A stretch of 64,000 nucleotides of DNA, from contig OZ242008.1 in assembly GCA_965204735.1 (NCBI GenBank), forward strand, positions 704,001-768,000, given 5' to 3'. Made by a program: the position numbers and the translations under genes. Origin of the DNA: Longimicrobiales bacterium (GTDB lineage: Bacteria; Gemmatimonadota; Gemmatimonadetes; Longimicrobiales; Gaopeijiaceae). Every line of letters starts with the position of its first letter. The first letter of the stretch is position 1. The notes beneath the pieces were generated by a model. That model saw nothing but the letters and a program-made list of their open reading frames with translations. It made no database searches and was not told the origin of the DNA. Positions 44,269 through 54,297 of this stretch are shown in pieces.

Positions 44269-45872
44269 TGTCGCCCCCAGGCCCGTCGGCGATGCGCTAC
44301 TTCAACACGTCCGGTCCAGTAGTGGCGGACGACCACTACCATGTCCCGCCCCTCTCTCGGGTCGACTTGGCCGAACTCCGTCTGTTGATCGACCAGAAGC
44401 GCTACTTCGTGCTTCACGCCCCCCGGCAGACCGGCAAGACGTCGGCCCTGCTTGCGCTCCAGGACCTGCTCAACGCGGAAGGCGGCTACCGCTGCGTCTA
44501 CGTCAACGTCGAAGGCGCACAGGCGATGCGCGAAGACGTGGAGCGCGCGACTCGGGTCATACTGGGCCAGCTGGCCTTGCGGGATCGAGACGCGCTTGGC
44601 GACGACTTCTTGTCCGGCGCATGGTCTGGCATCGCCGACGAGTTCCGCGACGGTGCGCTGGGAGCGGCCCTGACCCTCTGGGCCGAGGCCGACGCAAGGC
44701 CGCTGGTGCTGCTGATCGACGAGATCGACTCGCTGGTGGGCGACACGCTCCTGTCGGTGCTGCGCCAGCTTCGCGCCGGCTACGACATGCGGCCCGTCAG
44801 GTTCCCCCAGAGCGTGATCCTGTGCGGAGTCCGGGACGTGCGCGACTACCGCATCTGGTCCAGCTCGGAGAAGACGATGGTCACGGGCGGCAGCGCCTTC
44901 AACATCAAGGCCGAGTCCCTGCGCCTGGGCGACTTCTCCAAGGACGAGGTGCGCGACCTGCTCGGACAGCACACCGAAGAGACCGGCCAGCCGTTCACCG
45001 AAGCCGGGCTGGACGCGATCTGGACCCAGACCCAGGGCCAGCCGTGGCTCGTCAACGCCCTGGCCTACGAGACGTGCTTTCGCGGCGAACTAGCGAAGGA
45101 CCGGTCCCGCCCAGTGACCGAGGCGGACGTGCTGGACGCCCGCGATCAGCTGATCCAGCGCCGCGACACCCACCTGGACCAGCTGACCGACAAGCTGCGC
45201 GAGGACCGCGTGTGGCGAGTCGTCGAACCGCTCCTGACCGGCGCCAGCGAGTCCAGCTACACCGCTCGGGACGTGGAGTACGTTCGGGACCTGGGCCTGA
45301 TCGCCCACGCCCCCCCGATCCGCATGGCCAACCCCATCTACGCCGAGGTCGTGCCTCGGGAGCTGACTTGGCTGGCCCAGGACGACCTTCCCCACGACCC
45401 AGCCTGGTACGTGGACGCCTCCGGCGCCTTGCGCCTGGGCAAGCTGCTCGAAGCGTTCCAGGAGTTCTACCGCGAGAACTCGGAGCACTGGGTCGAGCGC
45501 TACGGCTTCAAGGAGGCGGGCCCGCAGCTGCTCTTGCAGGCGTTCCTGCAGCGGGTCGTCAACAGCGGCGGACGGATCGAGCGGGAGTACGCGCTGGGCG
45601 GTGGTCGCACCGACCTGCTGATCGTGTGGCCGCAGAGCGGGCGCGCGAGCAAGCATGTGGTCGAATGCAAGGTTCGCCACGAGCGCCGGGGCCGGGAGCG
45701 GACCGTGGCCGAAGGCGTGGAGCAGACGGCGGCCTACATGGACCGTTGCGGGGCCGAGGCCGGGCACCTGGTCGTCTTCGACCGCAGCGACGAGCGCAGC
45801 TGGGACGAGAAGGTCTTCCGCGACGCCCGCACAGCCGAGAACGGCGCCGAGATCGCAGTGTGGGGAGCGTGA
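44268..45872 (+). CDS. P-loop ATPase + PD-(D/E)XK nuclease, copy 4
   Basis: Same motifs; TGATG overlap with copy 3; stop overlaps GTG of the SNF2 helicase. Confidence 0.9.
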   Translation: MSPPGPSAMRYFNTSGPVVADDHYHVPPLSRVDLAELRLLIDQKRYFVLHAPRQTGKTSALLALQDLLNAEGGYRCVYVNVEGAQAMREDVERATRVILGQLALRDRDALGDDFLSGAWSGIADEFRDGALGAALTLWAEADARPLVLLIDEIDSLVGDTLLSVLRQLRAGYDMRPVRFPQSVILCGVRDVRDYRIWSSSEKTMVTGGSAFNIKAESLRLGDFSKDEVRDLLGQHTEETGQPFTEAGLDAIWTQTQGQPWLVNALAYETCFRGELAKDRSRPVTEADVLDARDQLIQRRDTHLDQLTDKLREDRVWRVVEPLLTGASESSYTARDVEYVRDLGLIAHAPPIRMANPIYAEVVPRELTWLAQDDLPHDPAWYVDASGALRLGKLLEAFQEFYRENSEHWVERYGFKEAGPQLLLQAFLQRVVNSGGRIEREYALGGGRTDLLIVWPQSGRASKHVVECKVRHERRGRERTVAEGVEQTAAYMDRCGAEAGHLVVFDRSDERSWDEKVFRDARTAENGAEIAVWGA

Positions 45873-48800
45873 CGGACGTCCCCCGCCCCGGAATGCTGGC
45901 CACCGTCCGCAACCGGCGCGGCGTGGTGGCGGCGGTGGAACCCCACGACGGCGAGCGCGGGCGGGTCCACCTGGTCCACTTGGAGTACGCGGACCATCAG
46001 TCGCCCCGAGAGGAGCGCCTTCTGTGGGAGATCGAAGGCAGGCCGTCTCTCCTGGAGCCCAACGCCCTGCCCAATCCGGCCCGTTCGCCCATGGCCGCGC
46101 CCGACTTCGACGCCATGCTTCGGGCGGCTCGGTGGACGGCCCTCTCGCCCTACCTCGACCCGTCCGGCGACGGCCGCCCGGCCCAGGAGCCCCTGGCCAG
46201 CCCCTTCCACGGCGGCGTCCGCATCGAGAACTACCAGCTGGTTCCTCTCTTGAAGGCGTTGCGCATGCCCCGGGTCAACCTGCTCATCGCCGACGACGTG
46301 GGGCTGGGCAAGACCGTGGAAGCCGGGTTGGTCCTGTCCGAGCTGCTGCTGCGCCGCCGCATCCGCCGGGTGCTGGTGCTGACGCCCGCGTCGCTCCGCC
46401 GTCAGTGGAGCGAGGAGATGCAGGAGAAGTTTTCGTTGCCCTTCGAGATCGTGGACCGGCTGAGCACGGAGAAGCTGCGCCGCCGCCAAGGCATGGACGC
46501 CAACCCCTGGCGCTCCTTCAGCCGCGTCGTGGCGTCGTACCACTACCTGCGCCAGCCGGACGTGCTGGAGCACTTCCGGGCGGCCTGCGACCACCAGACT
46601 CGCGAAGGCTCTCCACACCTGCCATGGGACCTGCTGATCGTCGACGAGTGCCACAACCTTATGCCGTCCCCGTTCGGCGAAGACAGCGAGCTGTGCAAGA
46701 TGCTGCGCTTTGTGGCCCCGCGCTTCGAGCACCGGCTCTTCCTGTCGGCCACGCCCCACAACGGCCACACCCGCTCGTTCACCGGGCTGCTGGAGATGCT
46801 GGACCCGGTCCGCTTCTCGCGCACCGGCGAGATGACGCCCGCCATGCGCGGACGCATCGACGACGTGGTGATTCGCCGGCTCAAGCGCGACATCAACGCG
46901 ACCGCGACCGGCGAGGGGACCGGCCCCCGCTTCTGCACCCGGTGCCCGCCCAAGGCCCTGACGCTCGCCTTCAGCCCGCACGAGACCCGCCTTTCTGCCG
47001 CCTTCGACGCCTTTCGCAGCGCCATCCGGGAGCAAGTCGCGGAAGGAGGCAAGCGCCGTCGCCGCGCCGGTGCGTTCGCGGTCGAGATCTTCGGCAAGCG
47101 GCTGCTCTCCTGCCCGACCGCCTTCGCCGAGTCGTGGAGCCGCGCCAAGCAGGGGTTCGAGGACCCGCAGGCCGCCGGCGACCGACAGCTTGCGACGGCG
47201 GAACGCTCGCTGCGCCAAGACACGGGCGACGATCGCGAGGCCCAGCAGCGCCAGGCCACGGCGTCGACGGTCGTAGGGGCGTGGCTGAAGAACTTCGCGG
47301 GCGACTTGACGGCCGAGGTCCATGGGATTGAAGACGCTCTTGCCCGGCTGGAGTTCGACTTGGACGCCGGCGCTGCGCCCGTCGTGTCCCAAACGCCCAT
47401 TGCCGACGCCCGCTTCGACCGGCTCTTGAAGCTCGTCGAGGGCCGTCTGCGCGGCGAGGGCCGGTTCCGCGGTGGCGAGCGGCTGGTCGTCTTCACGGAG
47501 TACAAGACGACCCTGGATTATGTGGCCCGCCGCCTGCGGGAGCGCTACGGAGACGAACGTATCCTGACCCTGTTCGGCGCGGGCGGCCCCGGCGGGATGG
47601 ACGAGTCGGGACGCGAGCACGTCAAGGCGGCGTTCAACGACCGCGTGTCCCCCGTGCGCATCCTCGTGGCCACCGACGCCGCGTCGGAGGGGCTCAACCT
47701 GCACCGCACGGCCCGCTACCTGCTCCACTGGGACTGTCCCTGGAACCCGTCTCGGCTGGAGCAGCGGAACGGCCGCCTGGACCGCTACGGCCAAGCCCGC
47801 GACGTGACCGTCCACCACTTCGTGAGCGACACGGACCCGGACTTGCGCTTTCTGGACCACGTGGTTCGCAAGGCCGACGACATCCGGGAGGACCTGGGGT
47901 CGGTCAACGAGGTCTTCGACCGTGCCGTTCACCGCCGCTTGGTTCGGGGCGAGGACGCCGCCGCCGTGCAGGCCGGGCTGGACTTGGAAGTGGAGGCGGC
48001 GCGAGGCCGTGCCAGCCTTGGCGGCGACGGAGCCGCCGACCGGACGTCCAACGGGACATCCGATGGGACATCAAACGGCGAAAATCGGGACATTTCGCTG
48101 GACATTTTAGCCGCCGAAATCGATTTCGACCCCGAAGCGGTCCGGGACACGCTGGAGGCGGCGATGGCTGACACCGCCGGGCGACCGCAGCTCGAGCCCG
48201 CCGCGCGCGCCCACGACACGGGGAGCAGCAGCAACGGCCGCGACGGCCTTCATCGCCTTGTGAACCCCGGCTTGCCCGGCTGGAGCCAAGTCGTGGACGA
48301 GTCCGTCCGCCGCCCCGGACTCGGCGGGGCGCAGGGACCGGTTCCCGCACTGGCTTTCAGTCCAAAGCCGTTCATCAAGAAGCGGGGCGACTTGAGCGTC
48401 TTTCGGCCGCGCAAGGATGCGTTGTTCGTCCACTTGGCCCACCCGATCATGCGTCATGCCTTGGGCGTGCTGGCGAAGCGGCGATACCCGGGCGCCGGGA
48501 GCGAGGCGTCGCGCTGGACCGCGCGTTACGGCGGCGTGCCGGAAGGAGCCGAGGCGGCGGTTCTGCTCAGCGTGGAGGAGATCGGCGTGAACAAGCTGCG
48601 GGAGACGTTCCACCGCTGGGTGCGGACGGTCGTGTTCCCGATGCGCGACGGCGAACTTGGATCGCCCCTTCCCCACGCGCCCGCCCGGTCGCTCCTGGGC
48701 GCAAGCGAGTGCGAGGACGCGGCTCGCCGGGAACAGGCCGCCGAGATCCTGGAAGCCGCCGCGCCGGCGCTCAAGCAGTGGATGCGCGATCACAGGCGCG

Positions 48801-49207
48801 CGCTCGGCGAGCGCTTGGCCGCCCAGCTCGAAGACGACGGCGCCGCCGCCCGGAAGCGCGAGCGCGACAGCTACCGACAGCGCCTGGCCGAAGTTTCCGA
48901 ACTGATCACACGCACCACGATGGACAGGTTGGGCCGTGAAATCGAGCGACTCAAGGGGCAGCGCGACCAAGGACAGCTCTTCAACGAAGCCGAGCGCTTG
49001 GCCGAGTTGGAGCGATCTATCGAGGAATGGGAAGAAGAGCTGAAGCGCCGTCGCTTCCATCACGACGAGATTCGCGACCAGCTCCAGCGAGAGCGCGACC
49101 GCACAGTGAAACGGCTGTTTCCCAAGCGCTTCGCCTTGGCGGGGACCGCCCAACTCTTTCCGGTGGCCGTGGAAGTGCGCCTTCCGGCAACGCGGCGTCG
49201 TCCGTGA
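45869..49207 (+). CDS. drmD: DISARM DrmD-like SNF2 helicase
   Basis: YQLVPLLKALRMPRVNLLIADDVGLGKT, LIVDECH, LSATPHNG, ATDAASEGLNL, WNPSRLEQRNGRLDRYGQ. Confidence 0.85.
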   Translation: MTDVPRPGMLATVRNRRGVVAAVEPHDGERGRVHLVHLEYADHQSPREERLLWEIEGRPSLLEPNALPNPARSPMAAPDFDAMLRAARWTALSPYLDPSGDGRPAQEPLASPFHGGVRIENYQLVPLLKALRMPRVNLLIADDVGLGKTVEAGLVLSELLLRRRIRRVLVLTPASLRRQWSEEMQEKFSLPFEIVDRLSTEKLRRRQGMDANPWRSFSRVVASYHYLRQPDVLEHFRAACDHQTREGSPHLPWDLLIVDECHNLMPSPFGEDSELCKMLRFVAPRFEHRLFLSATPHNGHTRSFTGLLEMLDPVRFSRTGEMTPAMRGRIDDVVIRRLKRDINATATGEGTGPRFCTRCPPKALTLAFSPHETRLSAAFDAFRSAIREQVAEGGKRRRRAGAFAVEIFGKRLLSCPTAFAESWSRAKQGFEDPQAAGDRQLATAERSLRQDTGDDREAQQRQATASTVVGAWLKNFAGDLTAEVHGIEDALARLEFDLDAGAAPVVSQTPIADARFDRLLKLVEGRLRGEGRFRGGERLVVFTEYKTTLDYVARRLRERYGDERILTLFGAGGPGGMDESGREHVKAAFNDRVSPVRILVATDAASEGLNLHRTARYLLHWDCPWNPSRLEQRNGRLDRYGQARDVTVHHFVSDTDPDLRFLDHVVRKADDIREDLGSVNEVFDRAVHRRLVRGEDAAAVQAGLDLEVEAARGRASLGGDGAADRTSNGTSDGTSNGENRDISLDILAAEIDFDPEAVRDTLEAAMADTAGRPQLEPAARAHDTGSSSNGRDGLHRLVNPGLPGWSQVVDESVRRPGLGGAQGPVPALAFSPKPFIKKRGDLSVFRPRKDALFVHLAHPIMRHALGVLAKRRYPGAGSEASRWTARYGGVPEGAEAAVLLSVEEIGVNKLRETFHRWVRTVVFPMRDGELGSPLPHAPARSLLGASECEDAARREQAAEILEAAAPALKQWMRDHRRALGERLAAQLEDDGAAARKRERDSYRQRLAEVSELITRTTMDRLGREIERLKGQRDQGQLFNEAERLAELERSIEEWEEELKRRRFHHDEIRDQLQRERDRTVKRLFPKRFALAGTAQLFPVAVEVRLPATRRRP

Positions 49208-52200
49208 CGACCGCCTCGCGCGCTGGTCAAGAGGTCCCCGGCTGGCGAGACCTGCGTCACGGCGGGCTCCTGCTGGACGGCCAACGTCTGGCCGACTTGG
49301 CGCCGCACACGCCCGACCCCTTGGACGGCTGGACCGAGCATCTGCTGCGGCGCCGCGCCACCGACCTGCGCCGCCACGCCACGGACGGAGCCCCGGCGTT
49401 CGCGAAGTTCGTGCTGGAGGAGGTGTGCGGGTTCGACGCCGGCACGGGCGCGTGGACCCGTGGCGCCAAGGTCTCGCCCGAGTGGAGTCGTCGAGCCCCG
49501 ACCGGAGAGGTCGTCAAGCCGCGCCAGCTGTGGGAGGGTCTCGGGGGCGGACGTCTGCCGGTGTTCATGGAACCCGGACCGCGCGTCGGGATCGGCAAGG
49601 GCCGCCGAACGGTCAGCCGGGTGCTCGGATGGCTTCGCGCCGGCAACGACCACTTGGCCCTGATCACCAACGGCAAGCAGTGGCGACTCCTCTTCGCCGG
49701 GTTGGACTTCGAGGCGTGGTGCGAGTGGGACATGGACCTGTGGTTCCAGGACGGCAAGCCCGCGCCCCAGGTGGACGCGCTCCGGACGCTGTTGCAGCCC
49801 AAGCTCTGGACTCCCGCGTCAAAGGACGCCGCCTCGCCTCTGCTCCAAGCGATTCGGGACACGCGCAAGGGACAGGCCGAGCTCTCGGAGACGCTGGGCG
49901 AGCGCGTGCGGGAAGCCGTCGAGGTCCTGATCCAGGGCCACGGAGAGGCGCTCAAGGAGCAGTGCTCCGACGTGGACCCCGCCGACATCTACCGGGCCGC
50001 CTGCCGAGTCGCGATGCGCCTCGTGGTGATCCTCTTCGCCGAGGCCCGGGACCTGTTGCCGAGGGACAACCCCGTCTACCACGCCAGCTACGGCCTCAAC
50101 GGCCTGATGGAGCGGCTGCAGTCGGCGGCCGGCGGCCATGCCCTGTCCCGCCGCTTCAGCGCATGGCCCCAGGTGCAGGCCCTCTTCACCTTGGTGCACG
50201 ACGGCTCCCACCTTCCCCAGATGCCGGTCAAGGACTACGGCGGCGAGCTCTTCAAGCCCGGCAGCGCGGAGTCGGCCGACGGCCTCTCCCGAGCCTTGGC
50301 GGTGTTCGAGACCGCCTGCTTGAAGCACGACGTACTGCCGGACGACGACGTTCGGCGCATGCTGGAGCGGATGACGCTCACGCGGGTCCGAATCCGCCAG
50401 GGCCGGGGCGGCACATGGGTCACCGTGCCCGTGGACTTCTCGGACCTGTCCTCCGACTACATCGGCATACTGTACGAAGGCTTGCTGGACTACGAGCTCA
50501 AGACGTCGCCGCCCGGCGAGCCCGTCATCTTCCTGGCGGCGGGCCACTACCCGGCATTGCCGTTGTCGCGCCTGGAGGCGATGGACGACAAGGCGATCAA
50601 GGCGCTGTTCAGCAACCTGAAGAAGGATGTTGCGACGGACGACGACGGACCGGAGGAGTCGGAGGGCCAAGCCGTTGCCAAAGGCGAGGCGAACGAAGCC
50701 GAAGGCGCCGCCGGGCCACTCGGCGACCCCAGCGAGGCTTCGCCGGACGGCGCCGACCCGCGATTTGCCAACCGCACCCGCGCCGAGAAGTGGGCGCGGA
50801 GGGCCGCGCACGTGGCTGGACTGGTCAAGAAACCCCGTGGCAAGCTCACCCCGGAGTGCCGACTGAAGGCCGAGGACGACTTGGCCCGAAAGGCCCGCAA
50901 GCTGGTCGCTCGCGTCGTGTTGCCCGGCGAGTGGTACTTGGTGCGGTGGGGCGGCACCCGAAAGGGGTCGGGCAGCTTCTACACGCGACCCGGCTTGGTC
51001 GTGCCCACGGTGCAGCGCACGTTGCGGCCTTTGGCCTACGACCCTCCGCTCGGCAAGGACGGCGAACCCGACCGAGACGCTCCTGCCGCAAAGTGGACGC
51101 CCAAGCGCCCCGAGCAGATCCTTGAACTGAAGGTGTGCGACCCGGCCTGTGGTTCGGGCGCGTTCGTGCTGTCGGCTTTGCGCTTCCTGACCAACGCGCT
51201 CTTCGCTTCTCTTCAGCGCCACGGACGCATCGAGCCGGACGGGGAGCGCACGCTGATTCGGTTGCTGGGCGCGCCGACCGAACACGAGCCGCACACCGAG
51301 CGTTTGGGCGACGAGATGATCCCCTGTCCGCAGGACCATGACGACTTCGAGCCCCGTCTGCGGGCCGTGCTGCGCCGCCACGTGGTGGAGCGCTGCATCT
51401 ACGCCGTGGACATCGACCCCTTGGCCGTCGAGCTCTGCCGCCTGTCGCTGTGGATCGAGACCATGGACCGGGGCCTGCCCTTCGGCTTCTTGGATCACAA
51501 GGTCAAGTGCGGCAACTCCCTCGTGGGCGCGTGGCTCGACCAGTTCGCCCACTACCCGGTCATGGCCTGGAAGAACCGCGAAGGCGGTGACAAGAACCAC
51601 GGCAACGGCATCCACTTCAAGAAGGGCGCCCGGACGAAAGCGATCAAGGCGTTCGTGAAGGACCGGTTGACGCCGGACTTGGCCTCGTTCCTCCGCGACC
51701 CCGACCTCTTCCTCGACGACCACCTGAAGCGCCACGACAACGCCCACCGCAGCGCGCTGGCCGTTCTGGAGAAAATGCACGCCCTGCCCGTGCAAGACGC
51801 GACGGAAAGGGCGCGGCTCTACCGCGACGAATTCGTGGGCTCGTCGGAGTGGTTGGCACTCAAGGAGGCGATGGACCTGTGGTGCGCCTGTTGGTTCTGG
51901 CCCGCCGACGACATCGCGTGCGCACCGTTGCCCTTGAGCTTCGCCGATCCGCCCCAAGAGACACGAGAGATCGCACGGCGCCTATCCGCCAAGATCCGTT
52001 TTTTCCACTGGGAGCTAGAGTTTCCGGATGTGTTCTGGGAAGAGGGCTCTGGCTTCAACGCGGTCCTCGGGAACCCCCCGTGGGACACCCGTCAGCCCAA
52101 CTCTAAAGAGTACTTTTCGAACATCGATCCAATCTATAGCTCCTACCCAAAACAGGAAGCATTGAGACGCCAAAGGGAATTTTTTTGTTGCTACGTCACA

Positions 52201-54297
52201 GAGCAACAATGGCTTGACTACACTGCCAGTTTTGCAAACGAATCACACTATATGAAATGCGTCTCGGATCCTTTTGGCGATTTCGCCAAGATCGTCAAGA
52301 AATCATCAATAAGATACAACAGTCATGCATGCACTCCACATCCGTATGTACACAGAGGTACAGGAAAGGCATACACTTACAAGTTGTTCTTGGAATACGC
52401 GCATGCCTTGTGTCGGACTAGCGGCAGGATCGGACTCATTGTACCATCGGGGGTTTATTCCGATAAAGGCACTAGTGCGCTCAGAGACTTGTTCTTGTCC
52501 TGTTGCCAATGGGAATGGCTGTTCGGATTGGAAAACCGAGATCGTATTTTTCCAATTTCAAGCAATTACAAGTTCAATCCCGTCATCATTGAGAAGGGTG
52601 GTTCTACTCGTGCGATCCGCACTGCCTTTATGCGTCGGAAGCTTGATGATTGGGAGGAGGCCGAAAGGATCGTAACCCAGTACTCCTACCAGCAGATCGA
52701 AAAATTCAATCCAAAGAGCCAAGCACTTTTGGAAATTCAGTCTAAACGTGACCTTGACATACTAGAGACGATGTCCGCCAGTGGTTGCCCCCTTGGCGAT
52801 GGCGGTGGAGTTGCCCCGGTTCGTGGTCCAGTAGAATCGGCGTGGCGATTTAGATATGCTACTGAGTTTAACATGACTAGCGATTCCAAGTTGTTTCCCT
52901 TAGTCCACCACTGGGAGGCGAAGAGGTACAGGCCCGACGAGTACAGTCGGTGGTTACACGGCGAATGGCTGCCCATCCACGAGTTGTGGGCGACAATGGG
53001 CATTGACCATTCTCATTCCCCTTCTCCACATCGGGATCGGAGCTTACGGTGTGCCCAGCCTCCATACGACATCTTGCCCATTCCGAGGGCCAAGGTGCCC
53101 CCCGGCATAATCCTGTCTCGCACGGGAGATGCTTGGATTCATGAGGATCAAGTGCAGGGCGTGGCACTGCCACTTATCGAAGGTAAGATGATGTATGTTG
53201 GTACATGGGCCGCGAGTGGCCTTCAATTCGACTCGACTGACCACCGGATTGATATCACCCCGAAGTACATGATCGATTCCCGTCACATTCGGAACGCTAG
53301 CGGACCGAAGCCGACGGGTAGGATAGCATTTCGACTTATCTCACGCAGTACAAATGAACGCACTGTCGTCGCCTCTGTAATTCCCAGATGGTACCCCTGC
53401 GCAAACTCGCTGGGGGTCTTGAATGTAGATCACCGTCTCGGTATTACGGACCTCTTGGAGCTCAGTGCCTATATGTCAAGCATTGTACTTGACTGGTCGG
53501 TTCGCCAGCGGATGGCGGGAGCTAATCTGAACTGGCATATTGTAGAATCCGTTAGCGTGCCCTCACCCAAATCTCTGTCCGGCGAGCTTGTTGCAAAATT
53601 CGCCAGCCATATGCTGTCAGGCATTCAGTTTGCGGCGGAATGGCTGTGTCTTGTGCATGACGTGCATCGTCCACAACCGTTTCTGGGCACTCTTCATGAA
53701 CGCACGCGCGTTTCTGTCATAGCTGATGTTGTGACAGCCGCTGTAATGGGATACTCGGAAAACGACGTTCGGCATGTCTTGGACGGATGTGATCTTCCTA
53801 GAGAAGCAATAGACAGTCGGGCGAGGAAGAAAGTACTGTCCAGAAAAGGATTCTGGCGTGTGGATCAGAGTCGACACCCCGAATGTCGTCGCACTGTTCT
53901 AACACTTGTGGCGTTTAGAGACTTGCAGTCCAGAATCAATAGTAGTGCGAATCAAGATGAAGGCATCCGGGCGTGGTTGAACCAGAACGACGGCGAAGGT
54001 TGGCGCATTCCCGAGGTCATTCGCCTAGCGGACTACGGTCTCGGAAATGACGGACGCGCCGAACGTCTGCAGCCAGTCGCCAGCAGTCTTGGTCCCAGAT
54101 TCTACAACTGGCAGATTGCCCAGGGCACCGAGGAGGCGTGGCAAGAATGTCACCTGCACGCTCGGAACCTACTCGGAAGGGAGGAGTATGCTAGATTTCT
54201 GAGGGACTTAGTAGCTCGTTGTCTTCAAGAAGGTTACACTGATATCAGTCGTTTGTACAACGACTACACGCTTAGCTTGGTCCGTGACCCGTCATGA
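49204..54297 (+). CDS. DrmMI/Type IIG-like N6-adenine DNA methyltransferase (large, with target-recognition region)
   Basis: GILYEGLL, RKGSGSFYT, CDPACGSG (motif I), FFHWELEFP, LGNPPW (motif IV); GTG overlaps drmD stop. Confidence 0.88.
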   Translation: MTTASRAGQEVPGWRDLRHGGLLLDGQRLADLAPHTPDPLDGWTEHLLRRRATDLRRHATDGAPAFAKFVLEEVCGFDAGTGAWTRGAKVSPEWSRRAPTGEVVKPRQLWEGLGGGRLPVFMEPGPRVGIGKGRRTVSRVLGWLRAGNDHLALITNGKQWRLLFAGLDFEAWCEWDMDLWFQDGKPAPQVDALRTLLQPKLWTPASKDAASPLLQAIRDTRKGQAELSETLGERVREAVEVLIQGHGEALKEQCSDVDPADIYRAACRVAMRLVVILFAEARDLLPRDNPVYHASYGLNGLMERLQSAAGGHALSRRFSAWPQVQALFTLVHDGSHLPQMPVKDYGGELFKPGSAESADGLSRALAVFETACLKHDVLPDDDVRRMLERMTLTRVRIRQGRGGTWVTVPVDFSDLSSDYIGILYEGLLDYELKTSPPGEPVIFLAAGHYPALPLSRLEAMDDKAIKALFSNLKKDVATDDDGPEESEGQAVAKGEANEAEGAAGPLGDPSEASPDGADPRFANRTRAEKWARRAAHVAGLVKKPRGKLTPECRLKAEDDLARKARKLVARVVLPGEWYLVRWGGTRKGSGSFYTRPGLVVPTVQRTLRPLAYDPPLGKDGEPDRDAPAAKWTPKRPEQILELKVCDPACGSGAFVLSALRFLTNALFASLQRHGRIEPDGERTLIRLLGAPTEHEPHTERLGDEMIPCPQDHDDFEPRLRAVLRRHVVERCIYAVDIDPLAVELCRLSLWIETMDRGLPFGFLDHKVKCGNSLVGAWLDQFAHYPVMAWKNREGGDKNHGNGIHFKKGARTKAIKAFVKDRLTPDLASFLRDPDLFLDDHLKRHDNAHRSALAVLEKMHALPVQDATERARLYRDEFVGSSEWLALKEAMDLWCACWFWPADDIACAPLPLSFADPPQETREIARRLSAKIRFFHWELEFPDVFWEEGSGFNAVLGNPPWDTRQPNSKEYFSNIDPIYSSYPKQEALRRQREFFCCYVTEQQWLDYTASFANESHYMKCVSDPFGDFAKIVKKSSIRYNSHACTPHPYVHRGTGKAYTYKLFLEYAHALCRTSGRIGLIVPSGVYSDKGTSALRDLFLSCCQWEWLFGLENRDRIFPISSNYKFNPVIIEKGGSTRAIRTAFMRRKLDDWEEAERIVTQYSYQQIEKFNPKSQALLEIQSKRDLDILETMSASGCPLGDGGGVAPVRGPVESAWRFRYATEFNMTSDSKLFPLVHHWEAKRYRPDEYSRWLHGEWLPIHELWATMGIDHSHSPSPHRDRSLRCAQPPYDILPIPRAKVPPGIILSRTGDAWIHEDQVQGVALPLIEGKMMYVGTWAASGLQFDSTDHRIDITPKYMIDSRHIRNASGPKPTGRIAFRLISRSTNERTVVASVIPRWYPCANSLGVLNVDHRLGITDLLELSAYMSSIVLDWSVRQRMAGANLNWHIVESVSVPSPKSLSGELVAKFASHMLSGIQFAAEWLCLVHDVHRPQPFLGTLHERTRVSVIADVVTAAVMGYSENDVRHVLDGCDLPREAIDSRARKKVLSRKGFWRVDQSRHPECRRTVLTLVAFRDLQSRINSSANQDEGIRAWLNQNDGEGWRIPEVIRLADYGLGNDGRAERLQPVASSLGPRFYNWQIAQGTEEAWQECHLHARNLLGREEYARFLRDLVARCLQEGYTDISRLYNDYTLSLVRDPS

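Larger units (their letters stand above)
39483..45872 (+). repeat. Tandem array of four ~1.6-kb gene-length repeats
   Basis: Stops at 41063, 42667, 44268, 45872 (period 1604/1601/1604); long identical stretches alternate with variant blocks. Confidence 0.95.

Noticed and set aside
39483..45872. Diversity-generating retroelement or invertase shufflon as the cause of array variation
   Set aside because: No reverse transcriptase or recombinase in the window; differences are block-wise, not adenine-specific, and all copies are in direct orientation
39677..45872. ORF-track proteins of 996, 950 and 884 aa in the array
   Set aside because: Their N-terminal halves are off-frame read-through of the preceding copy; real starts are at the TGATG overlaps
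48042..48080. Short 12-bp repeats in drmD (TSNG/TSDG/TSNG)
   Set aside because: Small linker expansion with no evident functional signal
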